Below, one piece after another: positions 54,061-63,822 of a stretch of DNA of 64,000 bases. Position 1 is the stretch's first letter; each line of letters begins with the position of its first letter. The translations under genes and the position numbers were made by a program. The notes beneath the pieces were generated by a model. It saw only the letters and a list, made by a program, of their open reading frames with translations. It was not told the DNA's origin and did no database searches. The DNA comes from Alphaproteobacteria bacterium. Lineage in GTDB: Bacteria; Pseudomonadota; Alphaproteobacteria; MPNO01; UBA830. The stretch covers positions 480,001 through 544,000 of the forward strand of contig OZ219790.1 in assembly GCA_964291215.2 (NCBI GenBank), in the 5' to 3' direction.

Positions 54061-54842
54061 AACCGTCAGAGTTCTTCGACGTGGCGGGCAAATCGGCGCT
54101 GATCGCCGGCGCCTCGGGCGCCTTCGGCGCCGTGGCCGCACGGACGCTGGCGGGAGCCGGATGCCGACTCACACTGGCCGCTGGCAATGCCGAAGCTCTC
54201 GAGTCGGTCGCAGGCGAGTGCCGGGAACTGGGTGCCGTGGTCGCCACGGTGAACGCGCGTCCCGGATCGGAGGAAGCTGTCGACGGCATTGTCGAGAAGG
54301 TCATCGACGCGCATGGCCGACTCGACATCCTGGTCGTGGCCTCGGGCATGAACAGGGTAGCGAAGATCGAGGAGATGGCGCCGGACACCTTCACCGGCGT
54401 GATGGATGCCAACGTCACCCAGTCATGGTTGCTTGCCCGTGCCGCGACACGGCAGATGAAGGCTCAGGGCGACGGCGGCAAGGTCGTCTTCGTCTCGTCC
54501 GCACGGGGGCTTCTCGGCCATCCTGCCGGCTACACCGCCTACTGCGCTTCCAAGGCAGCGGTCGACGGAATTACCAAGGCACTCGGGTGCGAGCTGGGTC
54601 CGACCGGAATCACCGTCAACGCCATCGCGCCGACCGTCTTTCGCTCGCCGCTAACCGCCTGGATGTTCGAGGACACTCCGGAAGCAAAGGGGGTGCGGAA
54701 CGGGTTTCTCACCCGCTTGCCCAAGGGCCGCCTGGGGGAACCGGAAGATCTCGCCGGCCCGCTCCTGTTCCTCGCTTCACGGGCGTCCGATTTCTATACC
54801 GGGCACATACTCTATGCGGATGGCGGTTACACCGCAGGATAA
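54057..54842 (+). CDS. SDR oxidoreductase (possible phloroglucinol reductase-like)
   Basis: AGASGAFG, SS, YCASK, VNAIAP, YADGG. Confidence 0.88.
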   Translation: MKPSEFFDVAGKSALIAGASGAFGAVAARTLAGAGCRLTLAAGNAEALESVAGECRELGAVVATVNARPGSEEAVDGIVEKVIDAHGRLDILVVASGMNRVAKIEEMAPDTFTGVMDANVTQSWLLARAATRQMKAQGDGGKVVFVSSARGLLGHPAGYTAYCASKAAVDGITKALGCELGPTGITVNAIAPTVFRSPLTAWMFEDTPEAKGVRNGFLTRLPKGRLGEPEDLAGPLLFLASRASDFYTGHILYADGGYTAG

Positions 54843-54846
54843 CGGA

Positions 54847-55764
54847 ATGATTGCAACAGCAGGGCTTGTCGGCGGCGGGCTCATGGGGCACGGGATAGCC
54901 TTGGCGTTCGCACGCGCCGGACTGACGGTCCGCGTCCATGACCCGGCGCCGCAACGCCTCGACGATCTGAAGGATCGAGTGGCAGCAAGCATGGCGGCAA
55001 CCGGTTCCGACCGCACCGGTATCGATGCTTCGCTGCGCCGCATCACCACATGCCGCAGCCTCGCTGACGCGGTCGGAGACGCCGATCTCGTCGTCGAGGC
55101 CGCGCCCGAGAAGCTCGACCTCAAGCAGTCGATCTTCGGCGAACTGGAAGCTGCAGCGCCCGAAAGCTGCGTCCTCGCCTCCAACACGTCAGTGTTGCCA
55201 ATCACCGAGATCGTAGCCGGACTGGCATTCCGCGAACGGGCGCTCGGAACGCACTGGTGGAACCCGCCGCACATCATTCCGCTCGTTGAGGTGGTGCGCA
55301 CCGAATGGACGTCGCAAGCGGCGATCGACGCCACAATGGCGGTGCTGAGGCGGATCGGAAAGCGTCCCGTGCGGGTGGAGAAGGATGTTCCGGGTTTCAT
55401 CGGCAACCGTCTGCAGCATGCGCTGTGGCGGGAAGCAATCAGCCTCGTGGAAAATGGTGTCTGCGATGCCGAGACGGTGGACACGGTCATAAAGGAGAGC
55501 TTCGGCAGGCGGCTTGCGGTCCTGGGGCCGCTGGAGAATGCCGACCTGGTTGGCACCGACCTGACCCATGATATCCACAGCGTGGTCCTTTCCGATCTCG
55601 AAAGGCGTCCCGGTCCCTCGCCCTATCTCGACGCCCTCGTCCGGAGCGGTCGGCTCGGCATGGCAACCGGCAAGGGGTTTCGTGACTGGACACCCGAAGC
55701 GGCTCAGGCTGTCCGAAAACGCCTGGCCGCACACCTGAAGGCGCTCGAAACGATTCTGGAATAA
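54847..55764 (+). CDS. 3-hydroxyacyl-CoA dehydrogenase-family protein
   Basis: GGGLMG.GIA, EAAPE, ASNTS, HWWNPP, PGFIGNRLQ. Confidence 0.9.
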   Translation: MIATAGLVGGGLMGHGIALAFARAGLTVRVHDPAPQRLDDLKDRVAASMAATGSDRTGIDASLRRITTCRSLADAVGDADLVVEAAPEKLDLKQSIFGELEAAAPESCVLASNTSVLPITEIVAGLAFRERALGTHWWNPPHIIPLVEVVRTEWTSQAAIDATMAVLRRIGKRPVRVEKDVPGFIGNRLQHALWREAISLVENGVCDAETVDTVIKESFGRRLAVLGPLENADLVGTDLTHDIHSVVLSDLERRPGPSPYLDALVRSGRLGMATGKGFRDWTPEAAQAVRKRLAAHLKALETILE

Positions 55765-55842
55765 CGGCGGCACCGTAAGAGAGTGACGTCATTTTGTGCT
55801 AGCATTGTCGCTGGTTTTCTGACAAACAGGAGGCGTCGACCG

Positions 55843-56439
55843 ATGCGAGGCCTTCCCAGGCGCATCATGGAGTACGCTCGGGCTCGTCCGGAAGCCGCGC
55901 CGCTGTGTCCGGGCGCCCTGCTGCACCTCGGCCACCGTGCGGCGGTCACCCAGGCTTTGTCCCGCCTCGCGCGCTCGGGCCGTCTCATGCGTATCTGCCA
56001 AGGCGTCTACATGCACCCGGTCGAGACCCGGTTCGGCTTGCGGGCGCCCCGACTCGGCAAGGCGCTCGCCGCGCTGTCGGCACTCTGGGGCGAGACCATC
56101 GTACCGTGCGGCGGCGCCGCGGCCAATCGCCTGCGCCTGACCACGCAGAATCCGGTTCGTGCGGTCTACCTCACCTCCGGTCCCAACCGATGTCTCCACT
56201 TCGGATCGTCCGTCGTAGAACTGCGCCACGCGCCGCGTTGGCAATTGGCAGCGCCGCACCGCAAGGCGGGCGATATCATCCGCGCCCTGGCATGGCTCGG
56301 TCCCCAACAGGTCGAGGACGGCCTCGAGGCGGTCTTGCCGACACTACCGGAGTCGGATCGGGACGAGCTTGCAGCGGCGCGGGCCATCATGCCGATCTGG
56401 ATGGCGGAACCGTTGAGTGCGCGCCTTGCGCATGACTGA
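55843..56439 (+). CDS. AbiEi-like (DUF6088-type) antitoxin/regulator
   Basis: [19 protein letters not shown] wHTH, GAAANRL.LTTQ.P; overlaps the AbiEii-like gene. Confidence 0.8.
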   Translation: MRGLPRRIMEYARARPEAAPLCPGALLHLGHRAAVTQALSRLARSGRLMRICQGVYMHPVETRFGLRAPRLGKALAALSALWGETIVPCGGAAANRLRLTTQNPVRAVYLTSGPNRCLHFGSSVVELRHAPRWQLAAPHRKAGDIIRALAWLGPQQVEDGLEAVLPTLPESDRDELAAARAIMPIWMAEPLSARLAHD

Positions 56440-56641
56440 GCAGCGATTCCAGGACCTCTCGTCCGACGACAGGCGCGACGCTCTTGAGGTCGCGGAGCGG
56501 AACAGCAGCCGCAAGGCGCATCTTCTGGAGAAAGACATCTGGGTCGTCGCGGCGCTCGGCATCCTGTTCGAGGCCCCGTTCGCCCCACACCTGACCTTCA
56601 AGGGCGGCACCTCGCTGTCGAAGGCATGGCGGGCGATCCGC
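56432..56641 (+). pseudogene. AbiEii nucleotidyltransferase toxin, truncated
   Basis: LEKDIWV and [13 protein letters not shown] present; cut just before the expected RFSEDxD motif by an element end. Confidence 0.85.
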
Positions 56642-56703
56642 CAACTGTGCCATACGGGACTCTCACCCGTCGACAAAGACGCACAGTCCCTCGCGGCGGC
56701 GGG

Positions 56704-57576
56704 ATGACCGGCGCGGTCGAGTGCCGCTATTACGGGCGCGACTTCACCGAAGATGAAATGGCGCTGCTGCGCGCCCTGATCGCCGATCCCGCCCCGCTCT
56801 CCCGCCGCGCCCTGTCGATCGAGTTCTGCCGGCGCATCGGCTGGCTCAAGCCCGACGTCGGGCTGAAGGACATGATGGCCCGTGTCGCCATGCACAAGGA
56901 CGGGCTCATCGAGCTGCCGCCGCCGAGGGGGCGGAAGCACCGGCCCAGGCCGGTCCAGTTCGGACCCGACACCGAACCGCCGCTGTTCCCGGCGCCCACG
57001 ACCCTCGACGAGGTCCGCCCGCTCGACTTCCGCACCGTCGTGCACAGCACCCGCGAAGGCAGGCTCTGGAACGAGTTCATCGCCCGCTACCACTATCTCG
57101 GACACAAGACACTGGTCGGCGCCCAGATGCGCTATGCCGTCCACGACCGCAACGGCTGGCCCGTCGCCATGCTCGGCTTCTCCACCGCCGCATGGAAGCT
57201 CGCCCCGCGCGACCGCTTCATCGGATGGACGCCCGAACTGCGCGAAAAGAACCTTCCTCTCGTCGTCGACAACCCGCGCTTCCTGATCCTGCCCTGGATC
57301 GAGATCCCCAACCTCGGCTCGCACATCCTCGCCATCGTGCGCCGCCGCCTGCCCATCGACTGGACCGGGCGCTACAACATCACGCCGGTGCTCATCGAGA
57401 CCTTCGTCGAAACGCCCCGCTACACCGGTGCCGTATACCGCGCATCGGGCTGGACCCGCGTCGGGACCACCCAGGGCCGGGGACGCTACGACAGGCACAA
57501 CAAACGAGACCAGCCGAAAAAGGACATCTGGCTCCGCACACTGCGAAAAGACTGGCAACGCACCCTCAATCGGTAG
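56704..57576 (+). CDS. DUF4338 (Druantia DruA-like) protein, intact
   Basis: [35 protein letters not shown]...YTG.VYRASGW..VGTTQG motifs. Confidence 0.8.
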   Translation: MTGAVECRYYGRDFTEDEMALLRALIADPAPLSRRALSIEFCRRIGWLKPDVGLKDMMARVAMHKDGLIELPPPRGRKHRPRPVQFGPDTEPPLFPAPTTLDEVRPLDFRTVVHSTREGRLWNEFIARYHYLGHKTLVGAQMRYAVHDRNGWPVAMLGFSTAAWKLAPRDRFIGWTPELREKNLPLVVDNPRFLILPWIEIPNLGSHILAIVRRRLPIDWTGRYNITPVLIETFVETPRYTGAVYRASGWTRVGTTQGRGRYDRHNKRDQPKKDIWLRTLRKDWQRTLNR

Positions 57577-57661
57577 AAGCACAACCGTCGCGCCGGTGTG
57601 AAAATGCCGACAAGCGGATAACCCACTCCTCATCCCCCGGAACCCGAACGGATACTCGGGC

Positions 57662-57822
57662 GCGATGGACCGTTTGTCGGCATGCGCGAGCCGGCAACGC
57701 CTCATTTCGGATCGATCCGGTCTCGGGCCGCTATCTGGAAACAGGCTTGATTTTCTGGAGGCCCGGAAAAAACCAGTAAAATCAGTGCTGTATATAAGGT
57801 TCAAAATATCCCGTCACATTGG
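57662..57822. repeat. ~160-bp non-coding repeat, copy 2
   Basis: Direct repeat of 9116-9274. Confidence 0.9.
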
Positions 57823-57862
57823 TGTCCACAAACACCGGACCGTGGTGTCGCGCCATCGCCGT

Positions 57863-58969
57863 TCACAGCTCGACGGGAGATGGAATCCCGTGCGTTGCGC
57901 ACAAGTCGCTGAACTCGTCGATTGTCGAACCGAGCAATTCCGCCACACGCCGCATTGAGACAAGGCCGTCCAGGACGGCGAGGCAGAGAACCTCCACGAA
58001 CGGCCTGGAATACAGGGCAGGCGTTACGCCCTCCGCCACTTCCTGGCCGTTGTTGCGCAAGGCCGCCTCGGGCACGGCGCAGGCCACGGACGGCTTCAGT
58101 TGGCCAAGCGCAACCAGCCGCCAGCGCAGCGCCGAGGACGTCACGCGCAGCTCGTCCGCCAAGGCGTTCAGCCGGTCGATCAACCCTTTCTCGCCCAGAG
58201 ATGTCCAGCCTCCGCGCCGCTGAAGCGTAGCCGCCGGCATCAGCACCGCCGCGGCGAAATTGTTGGCGAGCTGCTCCACCCGATTGCCGCCGGTCTCCCG
58301 CGCCTCTTCGGAATGCCCCGGCGGCATCGCATCCCACGTCAGGATATGAAACAGTTCGTGCGCCAGGTCGAAATGACGGCGGCCTTCGACTTCCCGGCGC
58401 GCGATCAGGACCGTGTCCAGTTCGGGCAGGCGGCAGGCCGCCCCGGAAATCCCTTCGCCGGCATCCACCATGAGGACCAGAATGCCCAACTCCTGCTCCA
58501 TGACCCTGGCCAGGCCGGTTGCAGGGGCTTCGCCGAGACCGAACTCGGACACGAAACGCTCCCCGGCCGACATGGCGTCCTCGAAGCTTGAAGTGCGGGC
58601 AAGGCCCAGCGCCCGGCGCATCAGCGGGAGCTCGTGCCCGACCTTTGGCGCCAGCGCGCGAAACGCCGCGATCCAACGGCCGGCGTCACGCTCGTATTCG
58701 TCGAGCTGCGCAGCGCCGACCCCCGTATGTCGCCAAGAGAAACGGCCTTCTCCGACGAGCCGGAACGGGTCCGTGAAATAGTCGAGCGGCACCTCCAGCC
58801 TTTCCAGTACGCGCATCAGTTCGTCCGCCGAGACACGCCGCGTGCCGGTTTCGATGGCCGAAACAGTCTGCCGATCGTTGAAACCGAACAGCCGCGCAAG
58901 ATCGTCCTGGGAGAACCTGCGCTCCTCGCGCAGCGCCCGGAGCCGCGTACCGATCAGTGATGTGGACAT
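57863..58969 (-). CDS. XRE HTH fused to ImmA/IrrE (M78) metallopeptidase
   Basis: N-terminal HTH; FDLAHELFH (HExxH) and EQLANNFAAAVLMP; GGAGG RBS. Confidence 0.9.
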   Translation of the reverse strand: MSTSLIGTRLRALREERRFSQDDLARLFGFNDRQTVSAIETGTRRVSADELMRVLERLEVPLDYFTDPFRLVGEGRFSWRHTGVGAAQLDEYERDAGRWIAAFRALAPKVGHELPLMRRALGLARTSSFEDAMSAGERFVSEFGLGEAPATGLARVMEQELGILVLMVDAGEGISGAACRLPELDTVLIARREVEGRRHFDLAHELFHILTWDAMPPGHSEEARETGGNRVEQLANNFAAAVLMPAATLQRRGGWTSLGEKGLIDRLNALADELRVTSSALRWRLVALGQLKPSVACAVPEAALRNNGQEVAEGVTPALYSRPFVEVLCLAVLDGLVSMRRVAELLGSTIDEFSDLCATHGIPSPVEL

Positions 58970-59036
58970 GATGGCCTCCGAAATGCAATATATTCTTGCA
59001 CCCTGCGAATTGCAATACAACCAGGCTGACCCCAAG

Positions 59037-59256
59037 CCGAAGTTCCAGCCCAATTTTTACTTATCATGTTGAATATTTTGACATTAAAGGGAATCGAGTG
59101 TGTCGCTACCGGGAACGCTACAGGCCCACGCCACTCCAGAGAAGAGCACTCAAGCTCCTGGGCGTAAAGTCGTAATGTACCCAGTCAGACGCCTCTGAGA
59201 TCCATCGAATGTCATTCATATCAGGCACTTGTACTTGATCGACGCTGGAACTTCGG
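59037..59256 (+). mobile_element. IS1634-derived miniature element (220 bp)
   Basis: Same IRs CCGAAGTTCC / GGAACTTCGG; retains only the last transposase codons (PTPLQRRALKLLGVK), similar to 28845-28972. Confidence 0.8.
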
Positions 59257-59680
59257 TTTAGCGTGAGACTCTCCTGACGCCGCCTGTCATCGTACCCGTG
59301 TTCGCCCAATCCACACAGCCAACCGCTCAAAAGCGCGGTTCTCCGCCGAAATCCCGCCGTTCTGAATCGCCGCCGACAACAACACCCCGCCCGCATTGCC
59401 GCCCTCTCCATTGTCGCTCCCGGCAAGCGCCGCATCGTCATGCTGCTGCTGTGCAGCAAACGACGACACGCCGCCTGAAGGCGGATCTGCAACCGGCGGC
59501 CATCCCCTCGGCCTCGCGGAAGAACGGGAGTGGAGGTCTGTGCCCGCTTCGGCAACGGCCCAGAATTTCCTTACCCGAAGCCGGCCCGATTCCTGCATGG
59601 GGACCAGTTCCGGACCGCCAGCGGAGTTCGCCCGACCGATCCCGGAAGGCCGTCGCCGACATCCTCGGACGGAGCCGGTA

Positions 59681-60985
59681 TCAGTTCTTCGTCATCTGCT
59701 GCGGCAGCCAAGTCGCGATCTCGGGGAAGACGACGAGCAGCACCACCGCGATCTGCAACAGCAGGAAGAACGGGAATGCCGCTCGGGCGATCTGGAGGAT
59801 ATTACGCCCGGTGAGCCCCTGCAGCACGAACAGGTTGAAACCGACCGGCGGCGTCACCTGGGACATCTCGACCACCAGCACGAGGTAAATGCCGAACCAC
59901 ATCAGGTCGATCCCGGCAGCCTGGATCATCGGCAGGATGATCGATGTGGTCAGCAGGACCACCGAGATTCCGTCGAGAAAGCAGCCGAGCACGATGAAGA
60001 ACAGCGTAAGCGCGGCGATCAGGCCATGGCGGCCCAGCTCCATCTCGCCTATCCACTGCGCCAGCGAACGGGGAATGCCGGTAAAGCCCATGGCGATAGT
60101 CAGGAACGACGCGCCGACGAAGATGAAACTGATCATGCAGGTGATCCGCGTCGCGCCCATCAGGCTGTCGGCAAAGACCCGTCGGCTGAGCCCGCCCGTT
60201 CCCCAGGCCAGCGCGAGCGATCCCAGCACCCCGACCACCGCGGCTTCCACCGGAGTCGCGATGCCGAGATAGATCGAACCGAGAACGGCAACGATCAGCA
60301 GGATCGTGGGCAGCAGACGGCGCGACTCGTGGACCTTGCGCCAAAACGTCAGCCGCTCGTCGCCTTTCGGGATCCGGCCCGGATTCATCAGCGCCCACAA
60401 CATGATGAAACCCATGAACAGAGCGATCAGCATGGCGCCCGGCAAGATTCCGGCGATGAACAGCCGCGCAATCGAGAGCTCCGCGGCCACGCCATAGACA
60501 ATCAGGATGATCGATGGCGGGATCAGGAAACCGAGCGTGCCCGAGCCCGCGAGAGTTCCGATCGACATCCGTTCGTCGTAGCCGCGTCGGTATAGTTCCG
60601 GGATCGACATGCGTCCAATGGTCACCGCCGTCGCCGCCGAAGATCCCGAAATCGCGGCAAAGATACCGCAGGCGACGACGTTCACGTGCAGCAGGCGTCC
60701 GGGAAGCCGCGTTACCCAGGGCGCGATGCCGCGGAACATGTCCTCCGACAGCCGCGTACGGAACAGTATCTCCCCCATCCAGACGAACAGGGGAAGCGCA
60801 ATCAGCGAAAACGGGGTGGTCGCCCCCCAGGTCGTCGTCGCCAGCACCGGACCCGTCGGCGCCGTCGTAAAGGCCGTCATCGCGAATACCGCAACGCCCA
60901 CCAGCGACAGCGCCACCCACAGCCCGGCCCCCAGCAACAGCAGGAGAACGAAGGTCAGGACAAGCGCGATTGACAGGATGTCCAT
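59681..60985 (-). CDS. TRAP transporter large permease (DctM family)
   Basis: IPPSIILIVYG, GIATPVEAA, TPPVGFNLFV. Confidence 0.95.
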   Translation of the reverse strand: MDILSIALVLTFVLLLLLGAGLWVALSLVGVAVFAMTAFTTAPTGPVLATTTWGATTPFSLIALPLFVWMGEILFRTRLSEDMFRGIAPWVTRLPGRLLHVNVVACGIFAAISGSSAATAVTIGRMSIPELYRRGYDERMSIGTLAGSGTLGFLIPPSIILIVYGVAAELSIARLFIAGILPGAMLIALFMGFIMLWALMNPGRIPKGDERLTFWRKVHESRRLLPTILLIVAVLGSIYLGIATPVEAAVVGVLGSLALAWGTGGLSRRVFADSLMGATRITCMISFIFVGASFLTIAMGFTGIPRSLAQWIGEMELGRHGLIAALTLFFIVLGCFLDGISVVLLTTSIILPMIQAAGIDLMWFGIYLVLVVEMSQVTPPVGFNLFVLQGLTGRNILQIARAAFPFFLLLQIAVVLLVVFPEIATWLPQQMTKN

Positions 60986-60994
60986 GACACCCCG

Positions 60995-61525
60995 CTAGCT
61001 CTCTCCGCCAGGGCCGAGCGCCCGGGCAGCCGCGTCGCGTTCGACGTATTGCGGCCTGCCGCCCCTCAGCATTATCATTAGCTCGTCGACAAAAGCGATG
61101 GCCAGCACCACCAGGCCCAGCGCGAGGCCCGATTGCGGAATCCAAAGCGGAGTTCTGATCAGGCCCTGCCCGACCTCCCCGAACACGAAGGTCTCATAGG
61201 CGAAGGCGCAGAAGTGCCAGGCGAAATAGATGCTGAGCGCGGTGCCGAGGATCAGGCAGAACAGTTCGAGCACGCGTCGCGCACGCGACGGCAGCCGGAG
61301 CAGGAGGATAGAGACCCGAATGTGCTCGCCAGCGGTCAGCGTGTGGGCGAGACCGAGGAAGATCGCCGAGGCCAGGCAATAGCCGGCGAACTCGGTGGCG
61401 GCGGGGATCAGTACGCCCGCCATGCGGCCCACTATCTCGGCGAGTATGGCGAGCGCGATACAGACGATGAATGCGGCCGAAAGAACGCCGCACCCGTGAT
61501 AAAGCCCGTCGAGAAGGCGCCTCAC
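60995..61525 (-). CDS. TRAP transporter small permease (DctQ family)
   Basis: Four TM segments, GEHIRV motif, position in the operon. Confidence 0.9.
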   Translation of the reverse strand: MRRLLDGLYHGCGVLSAAFIVCIALAILAEIVGRMAGVLIPAATEFAGYCLASAIFLGLAHTLTAGEHIRVSILLLRLPSRARRVLELFCLILGTALSIYFAWHFCAFAYETFVFGEVGQGLIRTPLWIPQSGLALGLVVLAIAFVDELMIMLRGGRPQYVERDAAARALGPGGES

Positions 61526-61576
61526 CTCGTCAAGCCCGGATCGGCAGGTGGCGCCCTCACCCGCCTCCCCGCGATC

Positions 61577-62557
61577 TCACCTGGACGCCCGATAGGCGTC
61601 CAGGATCTTTCTGCCATCCGGCCCGGCCTTGGAAAGCCACTCCTCGATCAACCGTGCGCCGGCTGCGCGAAGTCCCTTCAGCAGGCCAGGCTTGGGCGGC
61701 ACCACGGTGAGCCTTTCGGCCAAATTCGCGGTCATCGTAGCGGTTTCATTGGCGCTCATCTCCCAGCCCCTCGGCTCGGCGCGGGCCGCGGCATCGGTCA
61801 CCACCTTGCGGGTCGCTTCGCTCAACCGCTTGAAGGCGCGGGTATTGACCATGACCATGTTCTTGCCCAGCCCGGCGCGGGTGTCGTGGTAATGGGTGAG
61901 ATAATCCCACGACTTGGTCAGAACGCCCGTAGTGGCCGAGGTCAGCATCGCGTCGACGATCCCCGTGGAGAACGCCTGCGGGATGTCAACAAGCTGCACC
62001 GTCGTCGGCACCGCGCCGATAGCGGCAGCGTAGCGCGAGATAGTGGCGTTATAGGTACGGAACTTGAGGCCCTTGAAGTCCTCAACGCTCTTCAGCTCCT
62101 TCTTCGCATAGAAGCCTTGGGGCGGCCAAGGCACGGAATAGAGCAGCGTCAGGCCCTTGCTGACCAGCCGGCTCGCTATGAACGGCCTGGAAACCTCCCA
62201 CAGCCGTCTGGCCTGATCGTAGCTCTCGGCAAAGAACAGAAGCGAGTCGACCTCGTAGACGCGGTCCTCGTTCGCCAGCAGCGAAACAAGCGTCTCGCCC
62301 ATCTGGATCTGGCCGCTTTGTACGGCGCGATGAATTTCCGGCAGCTTGTAGAGCGACTGGGCGCTGTGGACGGTGATTTTCAGATCGCCCCCGGAGTTTT
62401 CCGCAATCTCGTCGACGAATTGCTGGATGTTTCTGGTGTGAAAGAACGGGTCCGGATAGGCCGTCGCCATGTTCCATTGCTGCGCGGCAAGCGCGCTATT
62501 AGCCGCAAGAAACCCCGCAAGCCCCGCCACAGCCGCCGATATCCTGAACCTCATCAT
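61577..62557 (-). CDS. TRAP substrate-binding protein (DctP family)
   Basis: Signal peptide, DFKGLKFR, AFSTGIVDA. Confidence 0.92.
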   Translation of the reverse strand: MMRFRISAAVAGLAGFLAANSALAAQQWNMATAYPDPFFHTRNIQQFVDEIAENSGGDLKITVHSAQSLYKLPEIHRAVQSGQIQMGETLVSLLANEDRVYEVDSLLFFAESYDQARRLWEVSRPFIASRLVSKGLTLLYSVPWPPQGFYAKKELKSVEDFKGLKFRTYNATISRYAAAIGAVPTTVQLVDIPQAFSTGIVDAMLTSATTGVLTKSWDYLTHYHDTRAGLGKNMVMVNTRAFKRLSEATRKVVTDAAARAEPRGWEMSANETATMTANLAERLTVVPPKPGLLKGLRAAGARLIEEWLSKAGPDGRKILDAYRASR

Positions 62558-62627
62558 CGCCCCCTGGTTCCATGATAACCAGAAAGGATCGTATCACCGC
62601 GATCATGAACCATCAACCTAAAAAACC

Positions 62628-63822
62628 TCCCCACTTCCAGTCTGAAGTGCAACATCCGGCCCTCATCGCAGTGAGGGCGTAGCCCGAACGGAGATGAGGG
62701 CCGGGTGTTGCGCAAATTTTTCCCCTCTGCCCCTCTCGATTCCGCTTGGGAACAGCTTCAGTTCCTTCAACATCGAGCTTATGCAACGCCTTTGTCGGCT
62801 TCAAGCCACTATTCCGCCGTCGCGCGGCATGGACCCTGCTGCACGTTTCGGCTGCGGAACATGGCGCAGATGGTCAGGGCGGTTTCACTTCAAGATTACC
62901 TCCGTCGGCAATCCCAGGACTTTCCGAGTGTTGAGCCGATCCTGCACCTTCTGAACATCTTCGTTGCATATCGCGCGAAAGTCCGTGCCCTTCGGGAAGT
63001 ACTCCCGCACCAGGCCGTTAGCGTGCTCATTCAAGCCGCGCTCCCGGGAATGGAAAGGCGAACAAGAAATCTGCGCCAAGTGCGACACGCCTGTGGTCTG
63101 CGAACTCCTTGCCGTTGTGATTGTGTGGACCAATAGCGCACCAGAGCCGAGCAGGCGGATCATACCGACCGTGTCTTTCTGTCCACCCAGCAAGGTGTAT
63201 TTCGTGGCACGAGCGACACGACAGCTCCACTGTGAGCTTTGCCGATGATGGCTCCCAGTCGCCGACCCGTTTCTTTGCCTTCGCAGGGCGCTCGGAAATG
63301 TCCACCCGGCCAGAATGGCATCCGCCCTTCCAGTTCGGCTTCTTGCCGCGCCGCCGAAGCTTCAAGACGCCCCCGGCTCTCCGATCTTCGGCGATCATGG
63401 ATCCGTTGCCGACCCACGGCCCTCCAGTCGAAAACGGCCGCTGCTCGGGGCCCTCCCGCAGCTTTTTCTGAGCTTCAACCCGAGGCGTCAACCGCCAGGA
63501 AACAGACGAGGCTGCCCTGCGGCGCGTTTCTGCCATCCTTTGCGCCTGCTTGTGACGGTAACCCCGTCCCCCGGTGTTGCGCTTGATCTCCCGGAAAATT
63601 GTTGATCGGCCCAGCTGCCGAGCAATCGCACCTTGTGAAAGACCGCTTTTCTGCCTCAATCTGGCATCGCTCTTCGTAGGTGACGGTAGCCTTTGGACAT
63701 GAACAAGCTCCCTCCATCTTGTACAGGAACTCTCGCCGCTGCTGGACAGCTCCGCAACATCATGCGTCTAAAAACACATGGCCACAGCCCATCATGTGTT
63801 GCACTTCACTATGGAACGGGGG
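62628..63822 (-). mobile_element. IS30-family element, degraded
   Basis: IRs TTCCAGTCTGAAGTGCAACA / TGTTGCACTTCACTATGGAA; fragments STIFREIKRN, VGDWE, NGKEFA and NEHANGLVREYFPKGTDF. Confidence 0.9.

Noticed and set aside
56704-57576. A complete Druantia system
   Set aside because: No large helicase (DruE) or other dru genes are in the window.
9116-57822. The ~160-bp direct repeats as attL/attR of one 48-kb island
   Set aside because: The interval contains housekeeping genes (rib operon, glyA, nusB, glnS), so two independent element ends are more plausible.
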